In this document: positions 55,529 through 63,645 of the stretch, one piece after another
Position numbering within the stretch: the stretch's first letter is position 1
How the letters are laid out: each line of letters begins with the position of its first letter
Sequence record: PP438435.1
Length of the DNA stretch: 64,000 bases
Direction: 5' to 3' (one strand)
Notes under the pieces: generated by a model
The model's input: the letters and a program-made list of their open reading frames with translations, nothing else
Databases searched by the model: none
What the model was told of the DNA's origin: nothing
Made by a program: the position numbers and the translations under genes

Positions 55529-55957
55529 TTACATCGACGGGGACACACGGACGACTTCACGCGTCCGGTAGATGATGCGCGTCAGCGCGAACACGGCACG
55601 CAGAAACCCCGCCCGCCCTGCGACCAGCGCGGCCAGAACGGAGCCCGGCCGAACCGCAGCCTCGACGTCCGCCAACCAGTTCTCGTCGTAGCGCTCGACG
55701 GCGCCAAAGAGGCGCAGCGACTCCGGTGCAGGAAGCAGAGCGAACACGCGCGCCGTCAGCCTCGGGTTGCGACGCAAACGCTGCATGATCTCCCCGTCGT
55801 GCCGCTCGACAGAGGCCAGCAGACGCGCGTACAGACGCTGACCATTCACTGACAGCGGCGGGATCCAGCCCTCGGCTTCCTGGAGCGCGTTCGCGACCAG
55901 GCCCACCTCGATGGAGCCGTCAAAGATCGATCTCTGGAGAGCCAGGGCGTGCCGCAT
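55529..55957 (-). CDS. icmW: IcmW-like type IVB adaptor
   Basis: Hand alignment to Legionella IcmW (sequence recalled from memory): LVANALQEAEGW vs RVITFMESVENW; SLRLFGAVE vs GLRLLQAID; R..FL....LTRI..R vs R..FE..RLLSRV..R. Similar length; icmW-icmX-dotA synteny. Confidence 0.5.
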   Translation of the reverse strand: MRHALALQRSIFDGSIEVGLVANALQEAEGWIPPLSVNGQRLYARLLASVERHDGEIMQRLRRNPRLTARVFALLPAPESLRLFGAVERYDENWLADVEAAVRPGSVLAALVAGRAGFLRAVFALTRIIYRTREVVRVSPSM

Positions 55958-55978
55958 GCGACGATGCCTTCAATTTTT

Positions 55979-56005
55979 AGCGGAATGCGTCCAGAATACG
56001 CCAAC
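55979..56005. promoter_or_regulatory. Operator box F between icmW-like and dotL
   Basis: AGCGGAATG-CGTCCA-GAATACGCC-AAC; plus strand TTCAAT-N17-CAGAAT. Confidence 0.55.
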
Positions 56006-56100
56006 GCCGACGCGCTCTGCAATGCGTGATCGAAGGCTCCCGATCGGGCCCGAATCTTGCCTCTCAGCCCCTTCGCCCCATCCCAAGGACACGACACACG

Positions 56101-58665
56101 ATGGCAAACCGGCCCAAGGGTGTACGTCAGCGCGACGAAGCGCTGCTTCGCAACGTCCGGCGAGATCCCCGACGCTTCTCGCAGCAGATTGCTGACATCT
56201 GGCGCACGCCGGAGGGCGCCGCGATCACGCTCTTTCTGGTCGCAGCCCTGCTCTTCCTCCAGCCGGCTGCGGTCTATCTGCTGCCGCTGTTCCTGCTGTT
56301 CCTGCTTCCGCTGCACTTCAGCGAACGCAGGCACCGCCACTTGCCGATGCGATTGCCGATCGAAGCCGGGATCGTTGACTACAACGATCCAAAGCCGCAG
56401 CACGCGGGCTTTGCCAAGGCGCGCGGCATGGTGCTCATCGGCAACAGCACAGACGACAACGGCGAAGAGCTCTGGAGCTCGCGCTCGGACGAGCTCACCC
56501 ACTCGCTCACCATCGGCGCTACCGGCGCGGGCAAGTCCGTCATGCTGGTCGGCAACAGCGCCAACTACCTCGCCTTCGGTGGCGGCCTGATCTACTCGGA
56601 TGCGAAGGCGTCGCCGAGTCTCTATTGGGACATCGCCACCATCGCGTTCCGCATGGGGCGCGAAGACGACCTGCAGACCATCAACTACATGACCGGCAAC
56701 CGGACGATCTCCGGCATCAGTGCCTCCCGGTCGTCGAACACGACCAACCCCTTCGTCGGCGGGAGCGCCGACAGCTGGATCCAGACGCTGTCCTCGCTGA
56801 TCAAAGAGCCCGACGGCCAGAACGCTGTGTTCGGCGAGCGGGCGCTCGCCATGGTCTCCGCGCTGCTCTACGGCATGCACGCGCTCAATTCCGAAGGCCA
56901 TTGCGACATCGGAGTCGGCACCATCCGCGATCACCTGCCCATCGAAGCCTTCGAGCAGCTCGCCTACGACCCTCGCATCGAAGGACGGCCGTCGGCGGTT
57001 CTCGCCATGCGCAGCTACCTGAAGTCACTGCCGGGGTATAAGCCCCCGGCGGAGCGGATCAAGAAAGACCGCAGCGGCGTTGTCATCACAGGCCCAGACG
57101 GCAAGCCAGTCCTCGAAGGCCATGCCGAACAGGTCTACAACCAACATGGCTTCGCGCAGATGTACTTCACGCGCGCAATGTCATCGCTCACCGATACCTA
57201 CGGCCACATCTACGCGGGCAATCTCCCAGAGGTCGACTACGTCGATACCGTGCGCCGCCGGCGCATCCTCGTGATCATGCTGCCGGCGCTTGAGAAGTCC
57301 CTCGCCGAGATCTCGAACCTCGGCAAGATCAACCTCGCAGCGCTGCGCGACGCGGTGAGCACAGGCCTCGGCAGCGGACTGGAAGGCCACAAAGCGGGTG
57401 TGCTGGACAATCTGCCCACCGACAGTCCGATCGCTACGCGAATCATCCTCGACGAAGCGGGCTACCAGATGGTGGAAGGCTTCGCCATCCTCGCAGCCCA
57501 GGCCCGCGGTCTGGGCTTCTCCGTCGAATGGGCCGGACAGGACTGGGCTGGCATCAAGCGCGGCTCCGAGAAAGAAGCGGAGCAAATCTGGTCGAACACG
57601 ACCATGAAGCGCTTCGGCAGGCTGGAGGATGCAGAGACCTTCCAGAAGCTGCAGACGCAGACGGGCGAAGCGCTGATCGCCCAGGCCCGAGGCTACGCCT
57701 ACGATGCCGATGGCATCTCGAGCTACAGGGACACTGGCGATGTCGGCTTGGAGAAGCGTCAGCGTGTGGATTTCAACGACCTCCAGCAGCAGGTCGAGGG
57801 TGAGTTCCACATCGCCTGGCGCGGCCGCTTGATCCGTGGTGTGGCGTTTGCGGCACTGCTGCCATCGATCAAGACCCTGCAGATCAACCGCTACCTGCGC
57901 GTCGGTGAGCGCAATCTCAAGCTGTTGGATGACACCCCACCGTCAGACGCAGCATCCGACCGCGGCGGCAAGAGCGGTGGCGGCATGGCGGCGACCCCCA
58001 CCCGCCCCGCTGCCGGTGCAATGCCGGCCCGGTCCACACCGCCAACCGATGAGGGCTCTGGCGACGCCCCGACGGAACCACGCGCCCCAATGCGCCCGCG
58101 GCCCGGCCGTACTTCACAGGCTGCTGCTGCGGCCGCGCTTACGCCGCGCCTCGACACGCCGCCCGCAGCCCGTCCCGACACCGCTTCTGCTACCGCACGC
58201 ACCGGTGAGCGCATCGACGACCTGGAAGCACTGCTGGCCATGGACGCCAACGCGGACTTCAGCGGCGACTCGGCGCCTGGCGATCGCCTTGCCGGCAATG
58301 CGCCCGGCGCGGCGTCCGACCACGGACTGGACGACCTGCTGGGTCTCCCGAGCTGGAGCACGGCCCCCACCACGCCGGCGGACGTCCTCGAATCGGACAG
58401 TGGCGCACCGGCAGAGCTCCAGATCGAGGACATGCCCGACGTGATCGATCTGCGCACCCTGCTCGGCGAAGGCAGCGCTGGCGAGGCGTTGGTCCACGAC
58501 CACGTCCAAGCGGCCCTCGACAGCTACCCCGATCGCGAGACCCTGGCTGCCGCCAACGAGCTCGACCCGAACGAGATCGTGGCCGACCTCGAGGCCGCGA
58601 TGAAATATCTGCTCGACGGCGATCCGCCCCACGACGACGAGTCCATCGGAGGACCCTTCGGATGA
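56101..58665 (+). CDS. dotL: DotL/IcmO (TrbC-like) type IVB coupling ATPase
   Basis: N-terminal TM pair, Walker A GATGAGKS, DAKAS, Walker B IILDEAGY, QARGLGF...GQD; Pro-rich linker and acidic C-terminal extension. Confidence 0.9.
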   Translation: MANRPKGVRQRDEALLRNVRRDPRRFSQQIADIWRTPEGAAITLFLVAALLFLQPAAVYLLPLFLLFLLPLHFSERRHRHLPMRLPIEAGIVDYNDPKPQHAGFAKARGMVLIGNSTDDNGEELWSSRSDELTHSLTIGATGAGKSVMLVGNSANYLAFGGGLIYSDAKASPSLYWDIATIAFRMGREDDLQTINYMTGNRTISGISASRSSNTTNPFVGGSADSWIQTLSSLIKEPDGQNAVFGERALAMVSALLYGMHALNSEGHCDIGVGTIRDHLPIEAFEQLAYDPRIEGRPSAVLAMRSYLKSLPGYKPPAERIKKDRSGVVITGPDGKPVLEGHAEQVYNQHGFAQMYFTRAMSSLTDTYGHIYAGNLPEVDYVDTVRRRRILVIMLPALEKSLAEISNLGKINLAALRDAVSTGLGSGLEGHKAGVLDNLPTDSPIATRIILDEAGYQMVEGFAILAAQARGLGFSVEWAGQDWAGIKRGSEKEAEQIWSNTTMKRFGRLEDAETFQKLQTQTGEALIAQARGYAYDADGISSYRDTGDVGLEKRQRVDFNDLQQQVEGEFHIAWRGRLIRGVAFAALLPSIKTLQINRYLRVGERNLKLLDDTPPSDAASDRGGKSGGGMAATPTRPAAGAMPARSTPPTDEGSGDAPTEPRAPMRPRPGRTSQAAAAAALTPRLDTPPAARPDTASATARTGERIDDLEALLAMDANADFSGDSAPGDRLAGNAPGAASDHGLDDLLGLPSWSTAPTTPADVLESDSGAPAELQIEDMPDVIDLRTLLGEGSAGEALVHDHVQAALDSYPDRETLAAANELDPNEIVADLEAAMKYLLDGDPPHDDESIGGPFG

Positions 58666-59225
58666 ACAACGTTCGCTTTCTCTGCACGCTGCTGGCGCTC
58701 AGCGCACTGGCCCCAGCACTCGCGGCCGCGACCGCGACGGCGCCCAAACGCCTTGCCGGCCTCGACAACCCAGAGCACATCCAGTGCGCGCGGACGGCAG
58801 CACGCACCTTCCGCGTGCCGTTCGCGGCCGTACTGATCCTGCTCGATGTCGAACGCGGCTGGGCCGGCGCCGAGCAGCCGAACCGGAATGATGACGGCGA
58901 AGTTGTGAGCTACGACTTGGGCCCGATGCAGATCAACGACCGGGCCTGGCTCAGCACGTTCGAGTCCGCCGGCATCACCCGTGATCAGCTGAGGGACGAC
59001 GCCTGCATCAACATCCACGCCGGCGTCTGGATCTTCGGCCGCCACCTGCATGACATCCGAGCAGAGCACGCCGCGCTCGCCCCGGAGGAGCGCGCCACGC
59101 GCAACCCTGCTGAGGTGGAAGCGGTGCTTCGTTACCACTCACGCACGCCCAAGTACCAAGAGCGCTACCTGGAGCATGTGCGCAAAGCCGTCGACCGCGG
59201 CCTGCGCGCAGTAGCGCAGCAGTGA
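58662..59225 (+). CDS. Lytic transglycosylase (SLT, TrbN/IagB-like)
   Basis: Signal peptide, catalytic VERG, DLGPMQIN, DACINIHAG, RYHS; ATGA coupled to dotL. Confidence 0.9.
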   Translation: MNNVRFLCTLLALSALAPALAAATATAPKRLAGLDNPEHIQCARTAARTFRVPFAAVLILLDVERGWAGAEQPNRNDDGEVVSYDLGPMQINDRAWLSTFESAGITRDQLRDDACINIHAGVWIFGRHLHDIRAEHAALAPEERATRNPAEVEAVLRYHSRTPKYQERYLEHVRKAVDRGLRAVAQQ

Positions 59226-59260
59226 TCGACCCGCCCACCCCCATCGACAAGGACCGTCCC

Positions 59261-60343
59261 ATGCCTCTTCGACGCACCTACTCACTGGCGCCGCTGTGTG
59301 CGACCCTGGCGCTCGCTTGGGGCGCCCCTGCGGGCGCCCAGAGCGCAACGCTGCGCTTCGCCAACAGCTCGCATCCCGACATCCCGCTGCTCAGCAGCGC
59401 GGATCTCGTGCTGCGCAGCAGCGGCAACTACGAAGGCCGCTGCGTGCTGGCCAGCGGCACCACGCGCTGCCAGGGCACCACAGGTGGAGGGTCGACCGGC
59501 CCGCTGCCGACCGCTAGCCTCAGCGCGCCGAGTAGCGCGACGACCGGCACAGCGATCAACATCACCCGCTCCACCGGCAATAGCCCCGAGCTCTGTGTCG
59601 CCTCCAGCTCGCCCGCCTCTGGCGTGAGTGGCTGGAGCGGCGCCGTCGGCCCGGGTGCCGGCACCACCCCCGTCACCTTCAACAGCACCGGCACCGGCAC
59701 CTACAGCCTCAGCATGCGCTGCTACAACGCCAACGGTGGCACCACCAGCAACAGCCTCAGCATCACCGTCACCCAAGGTGGCGGCACGCCCGGAAACTGC
59801 TCGATCAGTCATCCGCAGATCAGGCCGCAGGGCCTGGTCGAGTATGCGATGACCTGGAACCAGGTCTTCGAGCGCGCCTACCCCAACGCTCCGGGGTATC
59901 TCATCCCGCTGGGCAGCTTCACACCCGAGCGATCCATGAATGGGCCGCTCTCCGCGAAGATGTACCTTTCGATCTCGTTCGTGGCCCAGGCCGGCGTGCG
60001 GGGCAACATCGCGTTTGCAGGATCCCAACCTATTGCCGCCGTGGGATACACCGAGTACCGCCCCGGTGATGCGTTCGTAACCATCTCCCCGTGCGCAGGC
60101 GACTTCCGGCCGCCCGATCTTCAGTCCTCGGATATGTTCGTGCGGAACTGCCGCAGAACAGTTGAAGAAGGCACCCTGTTCTTCGGGAACTCGCCAACGC
60201 CCAGCTCGTCGTACTGCCAGCTAACGCCCGGCCAGACCTACTACCTCAACGTCGTCATGGCGCCGCCGGGATCCGTCAACGGCTTCACCAACAGTTGTCG
60301 CAACGGCATACCGCGCTGCGAGGTCAACGCGCAGCCGCGCTGA
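59261..60343 (+). CDS. Secreted Gly/Ser/Thr-rich, Cys-containing protein with an Ig/PKD-like domain
   Basis: AAGGA RBS, signal peptide ending AGA-Q, paired cysteines. Confidence 0.75.
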   Translation: MPLRRTYSLAPLCATLALAWGAPAGAQSATLRFANSSHPDIPLLSSADLVLRSSGNYEGRCVLASGTTRCQGTTGGGSTGPLPTASLSAPSSATTGTAINITRSTGNSPELCVASSSPASGVSGWSGAVGPGAGTTPVTFNSTGTGTYSLSMRCYNANGGTTSNSLSITVTQGGGTPGNCSISHPQIRPQGLVEYAMTWNQVFERAYPNAPGYLIPLGSFTPERSMNGPLSAKMYLSISFVAQAGVRGNIAFAGSQPIAAVGYTEYRPGDAFVTISPCAGDFRPPDLQSSDMFVRNCRRTVEEGTLFFGNSPTPSSSYCQLTPGQTYYLNVVMAPPGSVNGFTNSCRNGIPRCEVNAQPR

Positions 60344-60355
60344 TGGCACGAATCG

Positions 60356-60398
60356 AACCCAAAGAAAAAGCCCGCAAAGCGGGCTTTTTCTTTGGGTT
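60356..60398. terminator. Bidirectional intrinsic terminator
   Basis: 20 bp stem AACCCAAAGAAAAAGCCCGC-aaa-GCGGGCTTTTTCTTTGGGTT. Confidence 0.92.
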
Positions 60399-60442
60399 TT
60401 GCAACCGCTACACGCTACGAGCGCCGCCGGCAGGAAGGCCGC

Positions 60443-60745
60443 TCAGAAATCAATCAGCTCGCGCGTCGGGTTGGGCCAGTTGTCGTACAGATCCTTGAAG
60501 ACCTGGTCAACCCACTGCTCGTCCTTCGCCGCCACAGCGCCCACATACCCATTGTTGGCGCACCACGTTTCGAGCCGGAAAGCGAGCGATGTCGTGTCCT
60601 GGCCACCCACGACCTCGGACAGATACGCGATACCTGCCTTTGTTACGCGAAGTTGCCAGTTCTGCGTGTCTTCGACGGACGCCAGAAGCTCCGCGACGCT
60701 CTCGCGCGTGAAGTCCTTCGGATCATTGAGATCAATCTTCTTCAT
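60443..60745 (-). CDS. Conserved-looking small hypothetical protein, lower GC
   Basis: GAGG RBS; IDLNDP...QLRVT..G.AYLS...FRLETW..NNGYVG..AA.D..W...NWP. Confidence 0.75.
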   Translation of the reverse strand: MKKIDLNDPKDFTRESVAELLASVEDTQNWQLRVTKAGIAYLSEVVGGQDTTSLAFRLETWCANNGYVGAVAAKDEQWVDQVFKDLYDNWPNPTRELIDF

Positions 60746-60938
60746 CGCCTCGTCCTGTTATGGGATCGAATCACGTTGGCCCTGATGCTACACGAGGCGC
60801 CTCTCCTGCCAGCCGTGCAAGCGTCCACTGAAGCGCCAGAATCGACCTCGCCGACGCACGAGACGACGCCCGCGCTTCGATTGGCGGTGTCGACAAAACA
60901 GAAATAGGACAAGCGCGTGTGCCCCTACTGAAGCCTGA

Positions 60939-61205
60939 TTATGGCCGCTGCTGAAGCTGGCGCGCCTCGTCCACGATCGCCCTGAACTGCCGCGGATCCG
61001 CTTGGGCCAGGGCGAGATGCGCTTTGATGCTGCGCTCCACGTACAAGGGCATGACGCGAGCCCCGGTGGCGTACCCCTTCCAAGACGCCTCCGCGACTCC
61101 GATGTAGCGCGCAGACGCATACAAACCCACTCCGCAAGCAGCCGCAAACGCCTCGATCAAATCGCGCGCTTCGCTGGCCTGCTGCGGAGTGGGTTCCTTG
61201 AACAC
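60939..61205 (-). CDS. Putative Cro/CI-type HTH regulator
   Basis: ASARYIGVAEASWKGYATGAR helix-turn-helix pattern; GTG start 10 nt after the upstream stop. Confidence 0.55.
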   Translation of the reverse strand: MFKEPTPQQASEARDLIEAFAAACGVGLYASARYIGVAEASWKGYATGARVMPLYVERSIKAHLALAQADPRQFRAIVDEARQLQQRP

Positions 61206-61214
61206 TTCGGGCGC

Positions 61215-62279
61215 TCACTGCATCGCAGTGGCGCTGAGCACCTGCTCGACAATCGCGGTGTCGTGATTCATCGCATGATAGGCCGCATACCCATTCGCAC
61301 CTGCGGCAACCCAGCGGCCAGTGATCGTGCTGCGGAACATCTGATACCCCTCGATCTGCGCCACTGCGTTGCGGATCGGTGACAGCGGCAGCCCGAACGT
61401 CTGAGGACCCAGGCGAACCGATATGGCGACATCCCATTCTGCGGCCGCGGGCGGCACCGCAATGCGCTCGGGAGTCTGCACGAACGACTGCGTCGCCGCG
61501 TCCGCATAGCTGACCCCCGAACACCGCTGATTCACTGCCAACCAGCGCGCGTCCGGGTGCGGCAAGCTCTGATCGGGCACCCCGCTCTCCTTCTGCCAGA
61601 TGTTGGCCAGTGCGGGGTTCTCCACCGGCCGATGCTCGAACTCGCAAAAGAGCGGAGGCAGGCTTCCGTAGGTGGCGATGCGGCCGCGCGACCGCCGCTG
61701 CAGGCGCTCGTACAGCGAGTCGCCCACAACAACAGAACCAGCGCGAATCGTAGCCGCAGCCGCACCATTCATCCTGACAGCCATCTGGGAAGGCGAGCGA
61801 ATCTCCAATGTCACCGACCGGTACTGGCTGTCGCTCACCGTGGGGCGCTGGTACGTACACGTGGGGCAGGAGCCACCGGCACCCTCGAAGAGCGGCGCGG
61901 TCCACGTCGCCAGCGGACGCCCGTTGAACAACTGCACAGGAATGATCGGGAGCCCCGGGTAAGGCTCACCGCCGGTGACGATCCACGCAGGACGACCGCC
62001 CGCGTCATAACCGAAATACGCTGCAGTCATCAAGCGCGTCGACGGATTCAGAGACAGGTCGCTGAAGTACCAGCCACTACCGCTCTGTGCGGGGCTGTAC
62101 CAGGCGCCGTCGCCCAGCAGCTCGATCTGCACGATGTCGCGGACCTTCGCCACCGACAGCGCACGGATGCTGGAATTGGGTGCAGACGCGTCCTGCGCCT
62201 GAGCGCCCCAGGGGGTGAGGCTCGCAGCGACCATGAACGCAAGGCAGCTGTTACGGATGATCTGACGGGCGTAAGACAT
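61215..62279 (-). CDS. Secreted protein with the same W-(W/Y)-x-P-x-x-S-G domain and CxxC motif as 337-1311
   Basis: GGAGG RBS, signal peptide, DGAWYSPAQSGSGW, GGSCPTCTYQRP. Confidence 0.8.
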   Translation of the reverse strand: MSYARQIIRNSCLAFMVAASLTPWGAQAQDASAPNSSIRALSVAKVRDIVQIELLGDGAWYSPAQSGSGWYFSDLSLNPSTRLMTAAYFGYDAGGRPAWIVTGGEPYPGLPIIPVQLFNGRPLATWTAPLFEGAGGSCPTCTYQRPTVSDSQYRSVTLEIRSPSQMAVRMNGAAAATIRAGSVVVGDSLYERLQRRSRGRIATYGSLPPLFCEFEHRPVENPALANIWQKESGVPDQSLPHPDARWLAVNQRCSGVSYADAATQSFVQTPERIAVPPAAAEWDVAISVRLGPQTFGLPLSPIRNAVAQIEGYQMFRSTITGRWVAAGANGYAAYHAMNHDTAIVEQVLSATAMQ

Positions 62280-62357
62280 ACAACCTCCGATGCAGCGCGG
62301 GGGATCCGGGCTTGGGTGCAAAGGTATCTTTTAGATCCTTAACGCGCTGTGAACCCA

Positions 62358-63620
62358 TCACATGCAGTAAAACGTGTGGGCCCGCTGCCCAACCGGCAGC
62401 CCCTGCAGGGGCTGTAGCGTCGTCCATGCGTTATAGGGCACGGGCGTGGTCTGCTGCACACGGAACAGTCCTGGCGGCTTGCGCATCTCCCTGAACCAAT
62501 AGCACGACTGGGTTTGACTGTTGAAGCGCCCCTCCACCCACTCCGTCTGACACGTCTCCGAATGCACCGTGGATGAGTTGATCACGATGTTCTGCCCATC
62601 CGTACGTTTCTGCACTTGCTGGGGAAAGAAGTTGGATGCGGCGTGTCCGTTCTGCCGATCGCACTGCCAGTCCATGAGATCGTAGTTGCCCATCTCATAG
62701 TTCGTGAAAGGAACATACGAAAGCGCTACGCCCTCGACCCCTGTGGAGATGACGCCAATGTCCGTGGCGCAGATGGGGATGGGAACCTTGAGAGAAGGCA
62801 CATCCAGGCCGAAATCATGGCCAAGGTAGTGCGTGATGTCTGGCGTCGTGTTGCACTGAGAGCGACCCAGGGGATTCGGGCCCATGCCACACACCAAGCC
62901 AGTGCCACTGACGATGCCGCAGCTCCTGTTGGTGCCTCCGCCCCCGGGGCCTGGTCCACTGCTCCCGGGCCGGACGTACTCGGGCCACCCCACGAGCTCC
63001 ACGGCGACGGGCATCGTGGGCGCCACATTGCCGAAGTACACGTTCAGCACCTGCGTAAAGGCGCCGGCCACACCGCGAACGGTCATCGTGGAGGCCTGAA
63101 CATAGCCAGCAAAGCCCTTCGTGGACTTCAGGATCTCATCCGCTACGCGAGCCTTGTAGCCTTGCAAGCTCGTTGCATTCACCTGATAGCCGGCACGCCG
63201 CACCAGCGCATCAGTCGGTGCGCGGCCGAAGTCCGCGACGACCAACCGCGCAACATTCGTGGCATCTTTGATCGCGAACGCGCGATAGGTCTCTCCGATC
63301 GGCGAAGCACCCGCAGTGCCACCGCGCACCGCGAAGGTGTTGGGCAGATGCCCCGCCGTGACCAGCTGCGCCGTGGTGATCTCCTGGCGGGCCCCGACGG
63401 TCCACGACGCCTTGTTCGCTTCCGCGAACTTCTGCGCCGCCTCACCGAAGATCGCCATCTCGCGCGCCTGCAGCGTCACGTAAGTGTTGGCCGCTTCGTT
63501 CGCTTGCCGCTGCCGCACCTGCGAGAACGTGATCGCGGCCACAACACCGGCGATCACAAGGACGACCAGCATCTCCAGCAGGGTAAAGCCCCGCGACGTA
63601 TTCCAATTGCGTCCGTTCAT
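62358..63620 (-). CDS. pilV: PilV-like type IV pilus tip adhesin (shufflon-N-like constant region, Cys-rich C-terminus)
   Basis: Class III signal SRG-FTLLE; ITTAQLVTAGHLP..F, SPIGETY, GFAGYV resemble the PilV constant domain. Confidence 0.7.
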   Translation of the reverse strand: MNGRNWNTSRGFTLLEMLVVLVIAGVVAAITFSQVRQRQANEAANTYVTLQAREMAIFGEAAQKFAEANKASWTVGARQEITTAQLVTAGHLPNTFAVRGGTAGASPIGETYRAFAIKDATNVARLVVADFGRAPTDALVRRAGYQVNATSLQGYKARVADEILKSTKGFAGYVQASTMTVRGVAGAFTQVLNVYFGNVAPTMPVAVELVGWPEYVRPGSSGPGPGGGGTNRSCGIVSGTGLVCGMGPNPLGRSQCNTTPDITHYLGHDFGLDVPSLKVPIPICATDIGVISTGVEGVALSYVPFTNYEMGNYDLMDWQCDRQNGHAASNFFPQQVQKRTDGQNIVINSSTVHSETCQTEWVEGRFNSQTQSCYWFREMRKPPGLFRVQQTTPVPYNAWTTLQPLQGLPVGQRAHTFYCM

Positions 63621-63645
63621 GGTTCTCTCCAGAGTTGCCCGGCGC

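Noticed and set aside
9369-56005. Boxes ending in AAC as CRISPR repeats or integron attC sites
   Set aside because: Dispersed over kilobases, with no spacers, cas genes or integrase. They lie before start codons rather than after stops, and have no paired R-prime/R-double-prime structure.
60788-61147. 119 aa ORF and 60925-61905 ORF
   Set aside because: They overlap better-supported frames (HTH gene, secreted protein) and have low-complexity composition.
61215-63620. Shufflon
   Set aside because: No repeated sfx-like sites, inverted C-terminal cassettes or recombinase found.
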